Shown here in pieces: positions 1-12,400 of a stretch of DNA of 64,000 nucleotides. The stretch's first letter is position 1. Each line of letters begins with the position of its first letter. The position numbers and the translations under genes were made by a program. This DNA comes from Amoebophrya sp. A120 (lineage: Eukaryota > Protista > Dinoflagellata): assembly GCA_905178155.1 (NCBI GenBank), contig CAJINV010000023.1:458914-522913 (forward strand), written 5' to 3'. Below the pieces are notes generated by a model, which searched no databases, was not told the DNA's origin, and worked only from the letters and a program-made list of their open reading frames with translations.

Positions 1-45
1 CAAGTTTGCACTCTTCCAGATATCCAGGGACGTTTGCAATTCATA

Positions 46-2270
46 CGCCGAGAGGGCGAGCGACCTGGTGCCGGCCTAAAAATCCGAGGTAGAGCTATGA
101 AATGCATCAAATTATATGTCTGGGTCTGGGAGATTCCAAGATTTGTCATGCCAGTCTGGCATGACTCTGAACTCTGTATTGCGTAGGGCCGTCGGAAGTA
201 GAGCTCCTCCTCTCGCCTGTCGTGCAAAAACGCTGTTTCTCATGCGGAGTACGCAACGCAGAACCACGGAAAAACTTGTCATGCTAAAAATGCTTGGCAG
301 CGCATTACAATGCAGTCACTATTCCCTTCCTTGCATCACAAGCTTCCAGGCCCAGTGACATATTTGCAATGCATAAGAGCGGCTGCTTGTCAACGGCTAC
401 GCGTGGCCGCCTTCCGCTGTAGCCTGGCGGCTATCAAATGCAAATATGTCTGGGTCTGGAAACTTGTGATGCTGGTTGGCGAATGATTAGGGTGCCGCAA
501 TTGCCGTTCCAGCATGACAAGTTTCTGACATAGTCGGTGTAGTCTAATATCCTGCATGACAAACTGCGATTCCGTATGACAGAAAAGCGGCGCTCTTGGG
601 TAACGTGCATGACAGACTTGAGAGTCATGCTAGCCGAGCATGACAAGTCTTGCATTCTTCCAGACCCAGACACTTTTGCATTTGATAGCGGCGGTCGGGG
701 TGCAACTGATTCTGATCTGGTATTTTCTTTACGGGTACAATGCGAATAAGTTTGAGTACAACAAGAGACATCCCTACATTTTGATTCTGGCACTGCTGGG
801 CTACTTGCTAGTGCGAAATTGCAGTCGCCCCTTCTGCGACCGCTTCTCCGCGTTTTTGGATTTTCTCGGCAGGAACACACTGGAGACCTACGTGCTGCAG
901 TTTCACGTGTTGATGTGCCAGAATGTGCAGCATGTGTACCACAGAAAATAAATGCCCCCACGACCCCGAAAGTTGCAATAATTTGAGATGCGAAGTTTTC
1001 AAATGAAATAAACCTTATGTCATGCATTGCAAAACTATAAATCTTTCTGATACAGAGCCTAGTCGTATACAGCATCGCTTGCATGACAAGTGCCGCTCTT
1101 GCTGGGATCTTTTGCAACACAAAGCTTTGCTCCTCACGATAGAAAACCTTTGATGCTGATACATGCAAGAGGGCGAGTGTTTCCCTTGGAAAGGTTTGCA
1201 ATACAAACGCTCCCAAGCTCTGGGATCGTGGGGGCATTTTCCCTCCCAATAATGTGCTCGTCGTGTTTCCCCAGGCTGATGTCACTTCCGAGAATTATGA
1301 TCCGCTCGCGCAGCTTATCAAATGTAAAAATGTCTGGGTCTGGAAACTTGTGATGCTAAAATGTGCACGATGAAAACACTTCCGAACGCAGTCCGGCATG
1401 ACAAATTCCCAAAACGCTTTCTCATAGGCAAGCCGCATGAGAAACTGCGTTTTTGCATGACAAAAGAGGCTGCGACTTTTGTTGGTAATGCAATACAGAT
1501 CTTCTAGGTATGGAACGCTAGCATTACAAGTTCCAACCTTCCAGACCCAGACATTTTTACAATCCATACAGCTTGGGAACACGGTTTTGGTCGCGACCGT
1601 GTTTGTTTTTCTTGCCTCGGATATCAAATGCAAAAATGCCTGGTTCTGGAAGAGCCAAACTTGTGATGCTGCATTCGAATGCTAAAAAAACCTGTATTGC
1701 ATGACCAGCAAGAGAATTCAAATTTGGCTACGCGGAGAGGGCATTTGATGTCATGCTGGATGCGCATAGAGAAGCGTTCAAAAAATCTGTGATGCTATGG
1801 CATACATCACAGACATCATGGATCATGGAAAACGCGCATGACAAAGTTGTGCTCTTCCAGACCCAGACATATTTGCAGTCGATATCGGAGGCCAGAAAGG
1901 CCACGGTGGTGACGCAGGAATCGTTTGGAAAGCTGATAGATCACCTACTCGGCGTATCCTGAGTAAAAACGTCCCCACCCCATAGCCAAGTTGGCAAATC
2001 TGCAACACAAATCTCCAAGGTTTCGGAGTTGTGCATGACAACTTTCCATTTGCAGTGTAGTGCTGGTTAGCAAGGGAAGCTGCATGAGAGAGCCGCTTTC
2101 TCATCCTGTTTACAGCATTACAGATCCCAAAACACGACCGGAAATGCCTCTCGTAACGCTGCGCATTACAAATGTTCCTGTAATCGCAAATCTGCATGAC
2201 AACTCTGGGGTGGGGACGTTTTTACGCAGGGTACGGCGATCAAGCTGGCGGAAGAAAGGCCGCGGGATAA
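46..2270 (+). CDS. CAS1/RWA-family (Cas1_AcylT, 10TM) O-acetyltransferase, 3' part; 5' end lies outside the window
   Basis: Removing the elements at 96-375, 432-687, 937-1251, 1316-1568, 1622-1884 and 1955-2233 plus one TSD each gives an open frame: ...FEYNKRHPYILILALLGYLLVRN...FLDFLGRNTLETYVLQFHVLMCQNVQHVLVVFP...LGNTVLVATVFVFLASE...GGRKAAG* (TAA 2268-2270). YNxxHPY, xRN and LETYxLQFH match the CASD1/RWA C-terminus. Confidence 0.85.
432..687. mobile_element. Introner/MITE family A (TIR ~TATCAAATGCAAAAATGTCTGGGTCTGGAA), representative copy; most abundant family (~45 copies, several internal subtypes)
   Basis: TSD GCGGC on both sides. Other copies include 96-375, 1316-1568, 1622-1884, 6551-6812, 8487-8738, 9442-9692, 12774-13033, 15069-15329, 16354-16613, 22879-23140, 24680-24942, 28550-28822, 41778-42033, 49137-49398, 51952-52213, 63529-63787. 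Mostly 250-280 bp. Confidence 0.95.
1955..2233. mobile_element. Introner family B (TIR ~TATCCTGAGTAAAAACGTCCCCACMCC), representative copy
   Basis: TSD CGGCG. Others: 7786-8064, 14684-14962, 15380-15658, 22277-22571, 29387-29680, 43289-43581, 43663-43946, 44388-44669, 46972-47250, 62524-62815, 63873-end. About 280-295 bp. Confidence 0.95.
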
Positions 2271-3169
2271 GGTATGCAAGAAAAAAACTGTGTAAGTGTA
2301 ACTCTGTAATGCAGAACATGCAAAAGATTTACACCTGTCATGCCAGACAGCCACGAAATCCTCTTTCCAGGTGTGTTTTCCCTTATAAGCCACGCATGAC
2401 AGGTTTTCTCTCTCATGTAGAGCAAATCTGTGATGCTGTCAGCCAAAGAAAGTTACACTAACACAGTTTTTTTCTTGGATACAAGGACGGCTTTTTCTGC
2501 TTATCCATCGTGATATTAAGTCTCTCTGTGGTCTTTTTAAAAATATTAGTTGCACCAAGAAAATAAACTACTCGACGCCGTTATTAATTTTGAAGTAGAT
2601 CGGTGTTTATATGATATTTCATTTTCGATTCCTGGCATCTAGATCTAGTCTACTGATAGCTCCTTCTGAAAATAGGTGGATAGAGTGAGAAGAAGAAAGG
2701 AGATTCGAAACGCGCCGGCAAGAATCAGGACTCCATGTTGTATACTGTACTTTCTTCTGCTATCGCGATGTTGCCATGTACTATACCCGGAAGAGGAGCT
2801 ATAGACCACTTCTGTGAGCAACTAGAAGTATGGATTCCAAAACCGAACGCGCAAGGACGAGATTGCAAAACCTACAAGGAATAGCTTACGACTGTTGGCT
2901 TTTGGGGAACTACGAAATGGATGAAACCTTCGGATGCTATGTGTGATCATCGGTCTTTCTTTATGGGGAAAGGTCTTTCGGATGCAAAACTTGCTGTGCG
3001 ATCAGATAAAAATACTATTTCCGGAGGTGTTGACGTGGTAAATTATGGGAAAATTCTCTTCAATACTTTTTGTTCAGCGGAGGTCTTAGTGCTGGTCGGT
3101 AAGATATATTGAAAGAAAAGTGGCCAAAAAGATGTAAATTTATGCTCGTTTAAAATAAACAAAACCAAG

Positions 3170-6100
3170 ATGGTCGCTCGTGCTTGCGTCACCGGAATTT
3201 ATCTTGCCGTGAACTTCTGGTCTGCGATTTTGATAATATGGTCCGTGAAATGGGTACTGCTTGGCGGGTTTCACTGGACGGTGGCTCTCACTCTTTTACA
3301 TGCGGGCACTACGGCCTTGGGCTTGCATCTGCTCTGGCGGGTGAGTTCTTCTCGAAAAAAGAACCTATCATCTCCTCTTGCGATTATTGAAGCCGGGCCT
3401 GGGCTGCACCAGAGTGCTGTACTAGTGAACAATATATCAAAATAAAAAATCCCCCCTCCCTATACTCAACAAACAAACGGAGATTTATTGTGTAGCGTGA
3501 TTTGTGATCACACATCACCTCCGACTGTCACATGCTAGAAGGGAAGTAGAGATGCGGATTGTAGTGCTGGCTGGCGTAGGAAAGCCTTGCGTCTTCAACA
3601 TGACAGGAAGCAACTAAAAGTAGATGAAACGGGAAACAGCATGACAAATTGCCCGCAAATGAGGTAGCGCCTGCGTCTCTTGGCCTTCTAGCAATACATG
3701 TCGCAAATTTGTGTAGCCAAATGCAGCAGCACAAATTTCGTTTTGAATATTGGGAGGGGGGATTTTTCCTCACAGTACAATAATTACAAAAACAAGAATT
3801 CGAGCACATCAACTTCAAGATCAACCTTAGCTCCGGTGGTCGTGCCCAGAACATCATCTATCAAAAGGAAAAATCCCCCCACCCCATATCAAATGGGAAA
3901 TCCGTGATGCAGGATTTGTGTACACAAATGCGCGCTGTCTTGCAATACGGCATCGCAGCCAGATCCGCAGCCTAGGGCGGCACGTTTTGGTCTAGTTGCT
4001 TAGCATTACAAACGGCTGGTCTCTGGGCCCAACAGTATGCCAAACCGCTCCCATAATGGCCGGGAAGCCTCTGCATTTGTCTTCTTGCAAGACAGACGTG
4101 ACTTGTGGTCTCAAATCAGCAAGACAAATTCTCGGAAGCATGCCTTCTCGACATGGGGAGGGGGGATTTTTCCTCTCAATATCATGTTCGAGCTCTTCGT
4201 CGCTGAGCACGCCACGGCGAGGAGCTGACGAGGAGCCACGATATGGCGTTCTCAAATGTTACATTCTCAACTGTTACATGATTTGTAATGCAAAATCACA
4301 ATCAGAATCGACACGATCGAGCTGCTTCGCATGGCAAATTCTCGAAGGGCCACACAGGCTGAGAATCTTTGTCAGATCTGTCATGCAAGACGCGCAAGGT
4401 GACCCCTTTCACTTTTGCCATTCTTGCATCACAAATCAATGTAACAGTTGAGAATGTAACACTTGAGGACGCCATACATGAGTTGTAGCGGATGTTGTCG
4501 TTGTTGAACTCGGTCTCGTATGCATTGCAAAAGCATCGTACTCGTATCAATGCATTACAAATTTCCTCAGCATGAGAAATAAAATTTGTAATGCAGATTT
4601 ACGTATGAAAAAAAGATTTGTAATGCATGGGATTACTACGAGTGCGATACTTTTGCGGTTCATATCTCGGTAAAAATGAGGCGGAGTTCATCAACACACA
4701 GCCCTCTTGGGCGGGGCTGGAAAAAGAGGAAAAGGACCACCTTCGTGAACATCAAATTGGAGATCCACTTCATCTATCGAGTGCAAAAATCTCTGGGTCT
4801 GGAAGAGTGAGAGGTTTGTCATGCCTTATTTGCATGACCCCTGATGCCCGTAACGCATGGTCCAGCATCACAGATTTTTAGAGGACTTCCTGATGCCTGT
4901 TACGCATGAGAAATGCCTTCCCCACGTGGTACAATAAAGTGGACTCCTCTTCTTGGTTGCTGGTCATGCAGTACAAATTTTTTTAGAATCGAAAGACAGC
5001 ATCACAAGTTTGCATCCTCCCCGACCCGGACACTTTTGCATTTGATATCATCATGACGGCCAGAAAGCTGCAGCAGTTCGAGTGGTAGAAGATGACGAGC
5101 AGGCCGCCGCCGGGGCAGAAGCAGATCCTCAGACGGCCGCGGTGGAGGAGCTGGACGAGGACCTCCGCTATGAACCGCAAATAAGCATCGTACTAGTATA
5201 AATTGCATTACAAATTTCCTCAGCATGAGAAATGAAATTTGCAATGCGGATTTAACTTGAAAAAAACATTTGTAATGTATGACTGCAATACGAGTGCGAT
5301 TATACTTTTGCACAGGACCTCCGCCGAAGTTGTGCAACTACATGCGAAGATGGTTACGATCAACATCTCGACCGCCTGCGACTGATCGATAAGGAGACCA
5401 CGACGAGGCGCGACCACGACAAGGAACAACAGGAATTCTTGCATAAGTTCCACGGAGGTATTAAAGGCGTAAAAAGCCTCTCCAAGAACGAGGACGCCGA
5501 CGGCGCGGGAGCAGCGTCCTCACGGGAGCTGCTGACTCCCCGGTGGGTCACCGACTTAACCTTTGCCGAGGCAAAGAAGCTATTCGCTTTGTCTCTCACC
5601 TACAGTTTTGGCATTCTGGTGAACAACAACTCTTTGCGGTACAATGCGGTTATGGATTGCAAATATCCCCGGATGTCTGGAAGGCTGCAACTTGTAATGC
5701 TGTCTCTGGATTCTAAAAAAATTTGTACTGCGTGACCAGCAAGAGGACTCCAGTTTGTGCTACGCGGAAAGGGCATTTCTCATGCGGTAGAGGCATCACA
5801 AAGTCGTCTAAAAATCTGTGATGCTAGGGGACACATGCATCACAGACAGCAAGGGTCATGGAATAAACTATGCGTGACAATAAATCTAGAAATATCTTCC
5901 CGACCCAGACATTTTTGCATTGGATAGTGGTCAGCATGTTCCAACTCTTAAAGGTGCTGATCACCCCGGTGATATGAAGAGGAAAAAGCTTGTCACAGTC
6001 ACGAAGTTGCAGGTTTGGCATTACAATTTTTTTCAGCATCACAACTTCTCCTTCTATTGCAGAAACACGAGGGATGAAATCCCTTATGAAGTGTGGCAGT

Positions 6101-8797
6101 GATGCATTTTTACGCATGACAGACAATTTTGTATTGCAAAAATGCCCATGAGTGATTATCGTGACGAACTTTTTTCTCTTGATAGGTCACGCTGCTGTTG
6201 CAATACGTGCTGTACGGAAAAACGGTCGGCAGACAGGAGGTGTGTTATGAACTGCAAATATCCCTGGACGTCTGGAAAGGTCGAACCTGTGTTGCGTGTT
6301 TCGCATATCTAAAAAACCTGTATTGCATAAGCAGCAAATAAAGCGCCGCAGACTTTCGTTATGCAAAAGCGCAGTTTGTAATGCGTTCTGCGCATGAGAA
6401 CCAAGCGTTTGAAAAATGTGCCATGCTGCACTGCACTTAAAGGCACAGTCAACCATGACCATTCAGCATTACAAGTTTCCAGACATCCAGGGTGGATATT
6501 TGCATTTCATGTGCGTGCGTTGGCGCTGATGTGTATCGGCACCACCATTGTATCAAATGCAAAAATGTCTGGGTCTGGAAGAATGCAAGATTTGTCATGC
6601 ATATTTCTCATGACCCATGATGCCTGTAATGCATGACCTAGCATCGCAGACCTTTAGAGGGCTTCCTGATGCACCTTCCGCATGAGAAATGCCCTGTCCG
6701 TGTCGCGCAAATTGTGCCCCTCTTGCTAGTCATGCAATGCAAATTTTTTTAGAGTCCAAAAACAGCATCACAAGTTGCAACCTTCCAGACCCAGACATTT
6801 TTGCAATGCATACATTGCCACCGTGTACCATTTGGAGGCCAACGCGTTTGGGTTCTTCTTCGGGATGCTCGGCGTGCTTTTGTCGAGCTTGCAGCAGATC
6901 TGGAACAGCGAATACCAGAAACAGCTGAAGCTGACGCCTCCGCAGCTGACGTACACCAGCAGTTGCTTCGCCTGTCTCACTATCAAATGCAAATCTGTCT
7001 GGGTCTGGAAGAACGTAGCTTTTTGTCATGCTGTTTTTGTAGGACACTGAAGGTCTGGCATGGACGCTCTAGCATCCCAGGTTTCGAGATGAATGTTCCG
7101 CAATGTTGCCTAATCCGCATGACAAACGCCCCATTTTGGTGACAGGGATTGGGCGTCTTTTGCTGCCTATGCATGAGAGATTTGCGTGCGTTATGAAATG
7201 CGCATCACAAGTTGCATTTTTCTTCCAGACCTCCCAGAGACATTTGCAATGCATACTCATCTTGGTGCCGCTGGTGTTTCTGCTGGAAAAGGATTTGTTC
7301 CCCCGTGGTCCTCCGGGGGCTGGAGAAGTTCTACTTGAAGAGGAAGCGTCATCTTCTTCTTCTGTTCCGCCAACAACTAAAGTACTTTTCTCCCCACCTT
7401 CCTGGGCAAGTCCAGGCTTGGTGTTTTGGCTCTGCGTATCCTGCGTGGTTGCGTGCGTTGTTAGCATATCAAATGTAAAAATGTCTGGGTCTGGAAGAAT
7501 GCATGTTTGTCATGCTTGTCTGGCATAACTCTGAAATCTGTCAGGCACGTTACCCAAGAGCTCCACTTTTCTGTGATGCAGAAACGTAGTTTGTTATGCA
7601 GAATAGGCAACACCTAGAAGCTCAGAAACTTGTCATGCTGAGCCAGCATTTGTGGCCTCATCATGAGACGCCACCCAGCATCACAAGTTTCCAGACCCAG
7701 ACATTTTTACATTTGATATAGCACCAGTGCCGCGGGCGTGTTGGGCCACACGAGCCCGCTGACGTACCAAGTAATGGCCAGGATGTATCCTGAGTAAAAA
7801 CGTCCCCACACCAGAGTTGTCATGCAGATTTGCCATGACAGGAACAGTTGTGATGCGCAACCCCATGACAGGCATTTTCAATCGTGTTTGGGAACTTGTG
7901 ATGCTGTAAACAGGATCAGAGGGTCGATTTGTGATGCGGCTTTCCTTGCTAACTTGCACTACCTTACGGACTGAAACTTGTCACGCGTGACTCCTAAAAC
8001 TCCGAGGTTTGTGTTGCAAAATCCCCAGCTTGACTCTGGTGTGGGGACGTTTTTAATCAGGATAGGACGAAGGCGGTGTTTATCGTCATGTCGGGCTATT
8101 TGGTTTTCAATGAAGAGCCGATATCAAAATGAAAAATCCCCCCTCCCCATATTGAAAAGCTATGTTTATTCCGAAAATTTGTGTTGCTGATTTGAGGTCA
8201 CAAATCACACGCGTCTTGCATAGAGGACAAGTGCAGATGCTTCCGCCGCATTATAGAAAAGCGGTTTGTCATGCTGTCGAGCTTAAAGGAGAGCCGTTTG
8301 CCATGCTGAACAACTAGACCCATACGCCCCTTCTGCCTAGCCTGGGGATCTGGCCGCAATGCCTTCCTGCAATACAAAGCTGATTCGTGTACACAAATCC
8401 AGCGTCAGAAATTTCGTTTTGATATGGGGAGGGGGGATTTTTCCTTGCAATAGCCGACCTTTCGTAGCTCCATCGGCATCTGCGTGTATCAAATGTAAAA
8501 ATGTCTGGGTCTGGAAGAGTCCAAACTTGTGATGCGCATTTCAGAACACAGAAAGTTCTCTCATGCATAGGCAGCAAAAGCTGCCGACTTTCTGCCACCA
8601 AAGTGGGTGATTTCTCATGCGGGTTCGGCATTGCGGAAGCTTCTCGAAACCTGTGATGCTAGAGCTTCCATGCCAGACCTTCCGTGTTATGCAAAAACAG
8701 CATGACTCTTCCAGACCCAGACATTTTTACAGTTGATAGCGTGACAGCGATTGCCATTGTGTGGTACACGAAGCTGAAGCTTGCCGCCTATAACTGA
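3170..8797 (+). CDS. SLC35E3/TPT-superfamily nucleotide-sugar transporter (UXT/URGT-like), 15 introner introns
   Basis: ATG 3170 MVARACVTGIYLAVNFWSAILIIWSVKWVLLGGFHWTVALTLLH. After splicing: ILVNNNSLRYNAVSMFQLLKVLITP, SSLQQIW, LGHTSPLTYQVMARMKAVFIVMSGYLVFNE, AIVWYTKLKLAAYN* (TGA 8795-8797). Frame stays open across elements 3435-3777, 3859-4181, 4242-4476, 4519-4664, 4775-5047, 5169-5319, 5651-5926, 5973-6184, 6246-6511, 6551-6812, 6981-7255, 7467-7718, 7786-8064, 8122-8452, 8487-8738. Confidence 0.85.
5973..6184. mobile_element. Introner family J (TIR ~TATSAAGAGRAAAAAG..TGTCAC)
   Basis: TSD GGTGA/GGTCA. A second copy at 34935-35144 is intergenic with non-matching flanks. Confidence 0.8.
8122..8452. 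mobile_element. Introner family D (TIR ~TATCAAAAKGAAAAATCCCCCCTCCCCATAT), representative copy
   Basis: TSD GCCGA. Others: 937-1251, 3435-3777, 3859-4181, 12347-12662, 13273-13650, 18161-18481, 20783-21104, 22626-22837, 31243-31553, 39415-39735, 39773-40094, 42076-42390, 45143-45455, 47930-48244, 48310-48632, 48771-49091, 49478-49791, 49922-50242, 51038-51368, 61226-61539. Mostly 310-345 bp. Confidence 0.95.
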
Positions 8798-9436
8798 GTT
8801 GATATAATAAACCATTGCTGATGTTGTTGGTACAGGACGAGGCAGCTGATGGCACTATTTTTACACAGAGCCCCGTGCAGCTGCTGCCCTCGCGAGACGA
8901 GTTGTATGATAAAACATCTACACTTCCAAAAAAAATGTAAATTTTGTTTTTCTATTATTTCCGTGGACACATGCGTTTTACAATTTGTTCTCGCGTATTG
9001 TTCTACAATCGCTATGGTGAAGGTTGTCTGATCGTTATAAAAAATTTGTTTTGCTACTATAATAAATGTTGAAGATGATGAACTTTGACAACTCTAGCGG
9101 TCGTTCTTGCTGATGTCGATATAAGTCTAAGATGTTGGATCAGGAGTCGAAAGAGGAACCCTATCGAGTTAGCTAAGATGGACGTTGTAAACAAGACAAG
9201 AAATGGATCGGTGGACGAGGAAATCGAAAGAGATCTTCGTATGCAAGAAGTGCGAAGCTGCACGAGGAACAGCACGACCCGGTTGTTTCCGCTCGTGGTC
9301 CACCTTTGATAGCTCTAGCTCTTGCACCAGTTGTTGGGAAGAACAACAGCTAGAGGAACAACCTTCGTCTAGTACCCTTTCTCGTCGTGGCGCTTCCAAA
9401 TAAAACGGCGGAGACGACTTGACGTTCCTGGGGACG

Positions 9437-12400
9437 ATGAGTATCCAGTGTAAAAATGTCTGGGTCTGGAAGAGTCATGCTGTTTCTGCATGCCACAGAA
9501 GGTCTGGCATGGAAGCTCTAGCATCACAGGTTTCGAGAAGCCTCCGCAATGCCGAATCCGCATGACAAATCCCTGACTTTGGTGACAGAAAGTGGGAACT
9601 TTTGCTGCCTATGCATGAGAGAACTTTCTGTGTTCTGAAATGCGCATCACAAGTTTGGACTCTTCCAGACCCAGACATTTTTACATTTGATAATGAGCAG
9701 TCAGGAACATCAATCCTCGCGAGGGGGCCTTCGTCGGGCGCTAGCGTGCGTGTTATCAAGTGTAAAAATGTCTGGGTCTGGAAGAATGCAACTTGTCATG
9801 CTAAATCTGCAGCATGCAAAAATCTGTGCTGCATGATTACCAAAAGTCGTCCAGTTTTGACCAAGTCGGGAGGGAGTTTCTCATGCAGGATAGGCATAAG
9901 AAAGGTCCCGCAGAATCTGTCATGCTAGGTCCTGCATTCCAGACCTCATGTGTCACGGAAAAGCAGCATGACAAATCGCGCATTCTTCCAGACCCAGACA
10001 TTTTTACATTTGATACGTGTGTGTTGTCTATCAAATGCACCAAATATGTCTGGGTCTGGAAGATTGCGACATTTCTCGTGCTGGTCCGGCATGTTGACTC
10101 TTAGCTCTGTATTTTTGCGTAGGGCCATCGAAACAGCCTCTCTGTCTTGTCTGTCATGCAAAAACGCAGTTCCTCGTACGGATTACGTAGCACAGAAGCA
10201 CAAAAAAACTTGTCATGCTTGGCGGCGCATTTTTACAGTGCATTTGCTATTGACTGACCTGCATCACAAGTTTCCAGACCCAGAACGATATTTGCAATGC
10301 ATATTACCTGGCTCTTGTTGAGTTCGATCTATCCTGTGCAAAAAATATCGTACTCGTATCTATTCTTGCAATCATGCATTACAAATCTTTTTGTTGAGGT
10401 AAATCAGCATTACGAATTTTATTTCTCATGCTGAGAAAATTTGTATTAATGCATTTATAAAATAGAACTATAGAATTTTTACTCGGATTTCCCGCCCTTA
10501 TAGATTATAGGGGCGCCCTTAGAAAATGAATTCTAGAAAAGAAGGCGTCTAGAGCATTCCCCTAGGGCTATTCCTTAGGGGATAGCCCTAGGAGATAGCC
10601 CCAGGGGATGGCCTTAGGACGGTTGACTAGACGGCACACATAGAAACGCCGCAAGCGCAGCCGGTCGGTAAGCAGTTTACTTGCAGCGTGAGCTGTTTCA
10701 CTCTGCAACGCAGGCCAAAAGGATTTGCGAGGGCAGGCGGCACCCTGCAGCGCAGGTCGCATCTTGCAACGGTAGCCGCCCAGGTGTTGCTGACAGCCCT
10801 TGCGGCCTGCGCTGCAAGTGGCTGCCCGCGCGGGCGGCGGTGCTTGCGAGTTCCGACAGCTTGGCTGCCTGGCAAAGACAGGCGAAGGAACGCGTGTCGC
10901 AAAATGAAGAAGACCCCGCAGAGCTTCCTACGGGCCCCGAGGCTCAAGGAAATCGAAAAAAAGCGGAAAAAACACCGGGCCGGTTTTTAGCAGGCCTATT
11001 CTGGCTAACCCCAAACCCCGGCCCCGTTTTGGGGGAGGTAGGGGGGGGCGATAGAACGTAGCAAAACGAAACGGGGGTGGGGGCGTCCCCCGGGCCTCAG
11101 GCAGATTAACACCATCCAAAAATATCTGGGCGGGGATATATCTGGGGATATATCTGGGGAGATATCTGGGGAGATATCTGGGGATATGTCGGGGGATATG
11201 TCGGGGGATATATCGGGGGGTATATCTGGGGGGCTATCTGGGAAGATATCGGGAGATACATCTGGGGATACATCTGGGGGTATATCTGGGGATAAAAGAA
11301 AAGGGCAGCGCCTGCATTCTGAAGAAAGCGAGCGGCGCTGGGGGGGCCAGAAATCCTGCATGTGGTTGGCCTTCTCGCGGGCGGAAAATAGCACCCCAGT
11401 ACAGCTTCCCTGCTCCGATTTCCCGACCTTATAGATTCGGAGGCTGGGTTTCCCATAGAAGTTATAGTAAGAGTGGAGGGAGTGGCGCTAAGAATTTCTT
11501 TGCCTTCTAGAGGCCTCGCTTAAAGGGCTTCGCTAGATCACGGCCTCGGTCGCTGGCTTAGAAAGCGCTGCGGGTGGTTCTTTGTAGAAGTCAAATAGCT
11601 CAAGAAAGGGGAAGCAGGCCAAGGCCAGCGGCCGGGCTGGGACGGGGCACGCAGAAGCCCAGGGAACGAAGGCGGGCGCGTCCGTTTCTAATGCGGGCCG
11701 CTACTAGTGAAGGGCGTCGCTAGCAAGCGCGGGCCCGTTTTGTCATGCTAAAACCGCCTAGAGGGCTCCTCCTAGTGGCCGCGTCTCCGCTAGCAGATTC
11801 ACAATCGGGCGACTCTGTCGCCGAATTTGCTCCGCTAGCGTTTCAAGATAGTTTTTTGATTTTAGATTTACTAGACGACCTATCGCCGGCGTCCTGGACG
11901 CCGGCGTAGTAGTCTAGTACGAGTACGATATTTTTGTAGTTCATACGAGCAAGGGACCTGCAACTTCTACGTCTTCGTCAGGGCCCAGCGGTGGCTTCCT
12001 ACGGTACGACCGTCATTGCGGTCTGCGACAAAGGAAATCGCCAGACAGAAGAGATGAAGAGGAGACGACCAGGAGGCATGATGCTGAAAATGAAAATAAT
12101 CATCTTCCTGCAGCAGCAGCGACTTCAAGAACATCAACTACAGGAGCTGTCACTACGACTAGGTCGACCTCCAAGAGTAGCTCCTCCTCGTCCTCGACGC
12201 GGGTCGTGGTGCTGGTCACCGGCGCTGCTGGGTACATCGCGAGTCACTTTGTGCTCCTCTGCCTCACCAAGGGGCTTCACGTCGTGGGCGTTGACAACTT
12301 GTCCCGGGGAAGTAGCGCAGCTATCGAGAAGCTGCACGCGGTCGCGTATCAAAGTGAAAAAAGCTCCCACCCCATATTCAAAAGACAATTTGTGTTGCTG

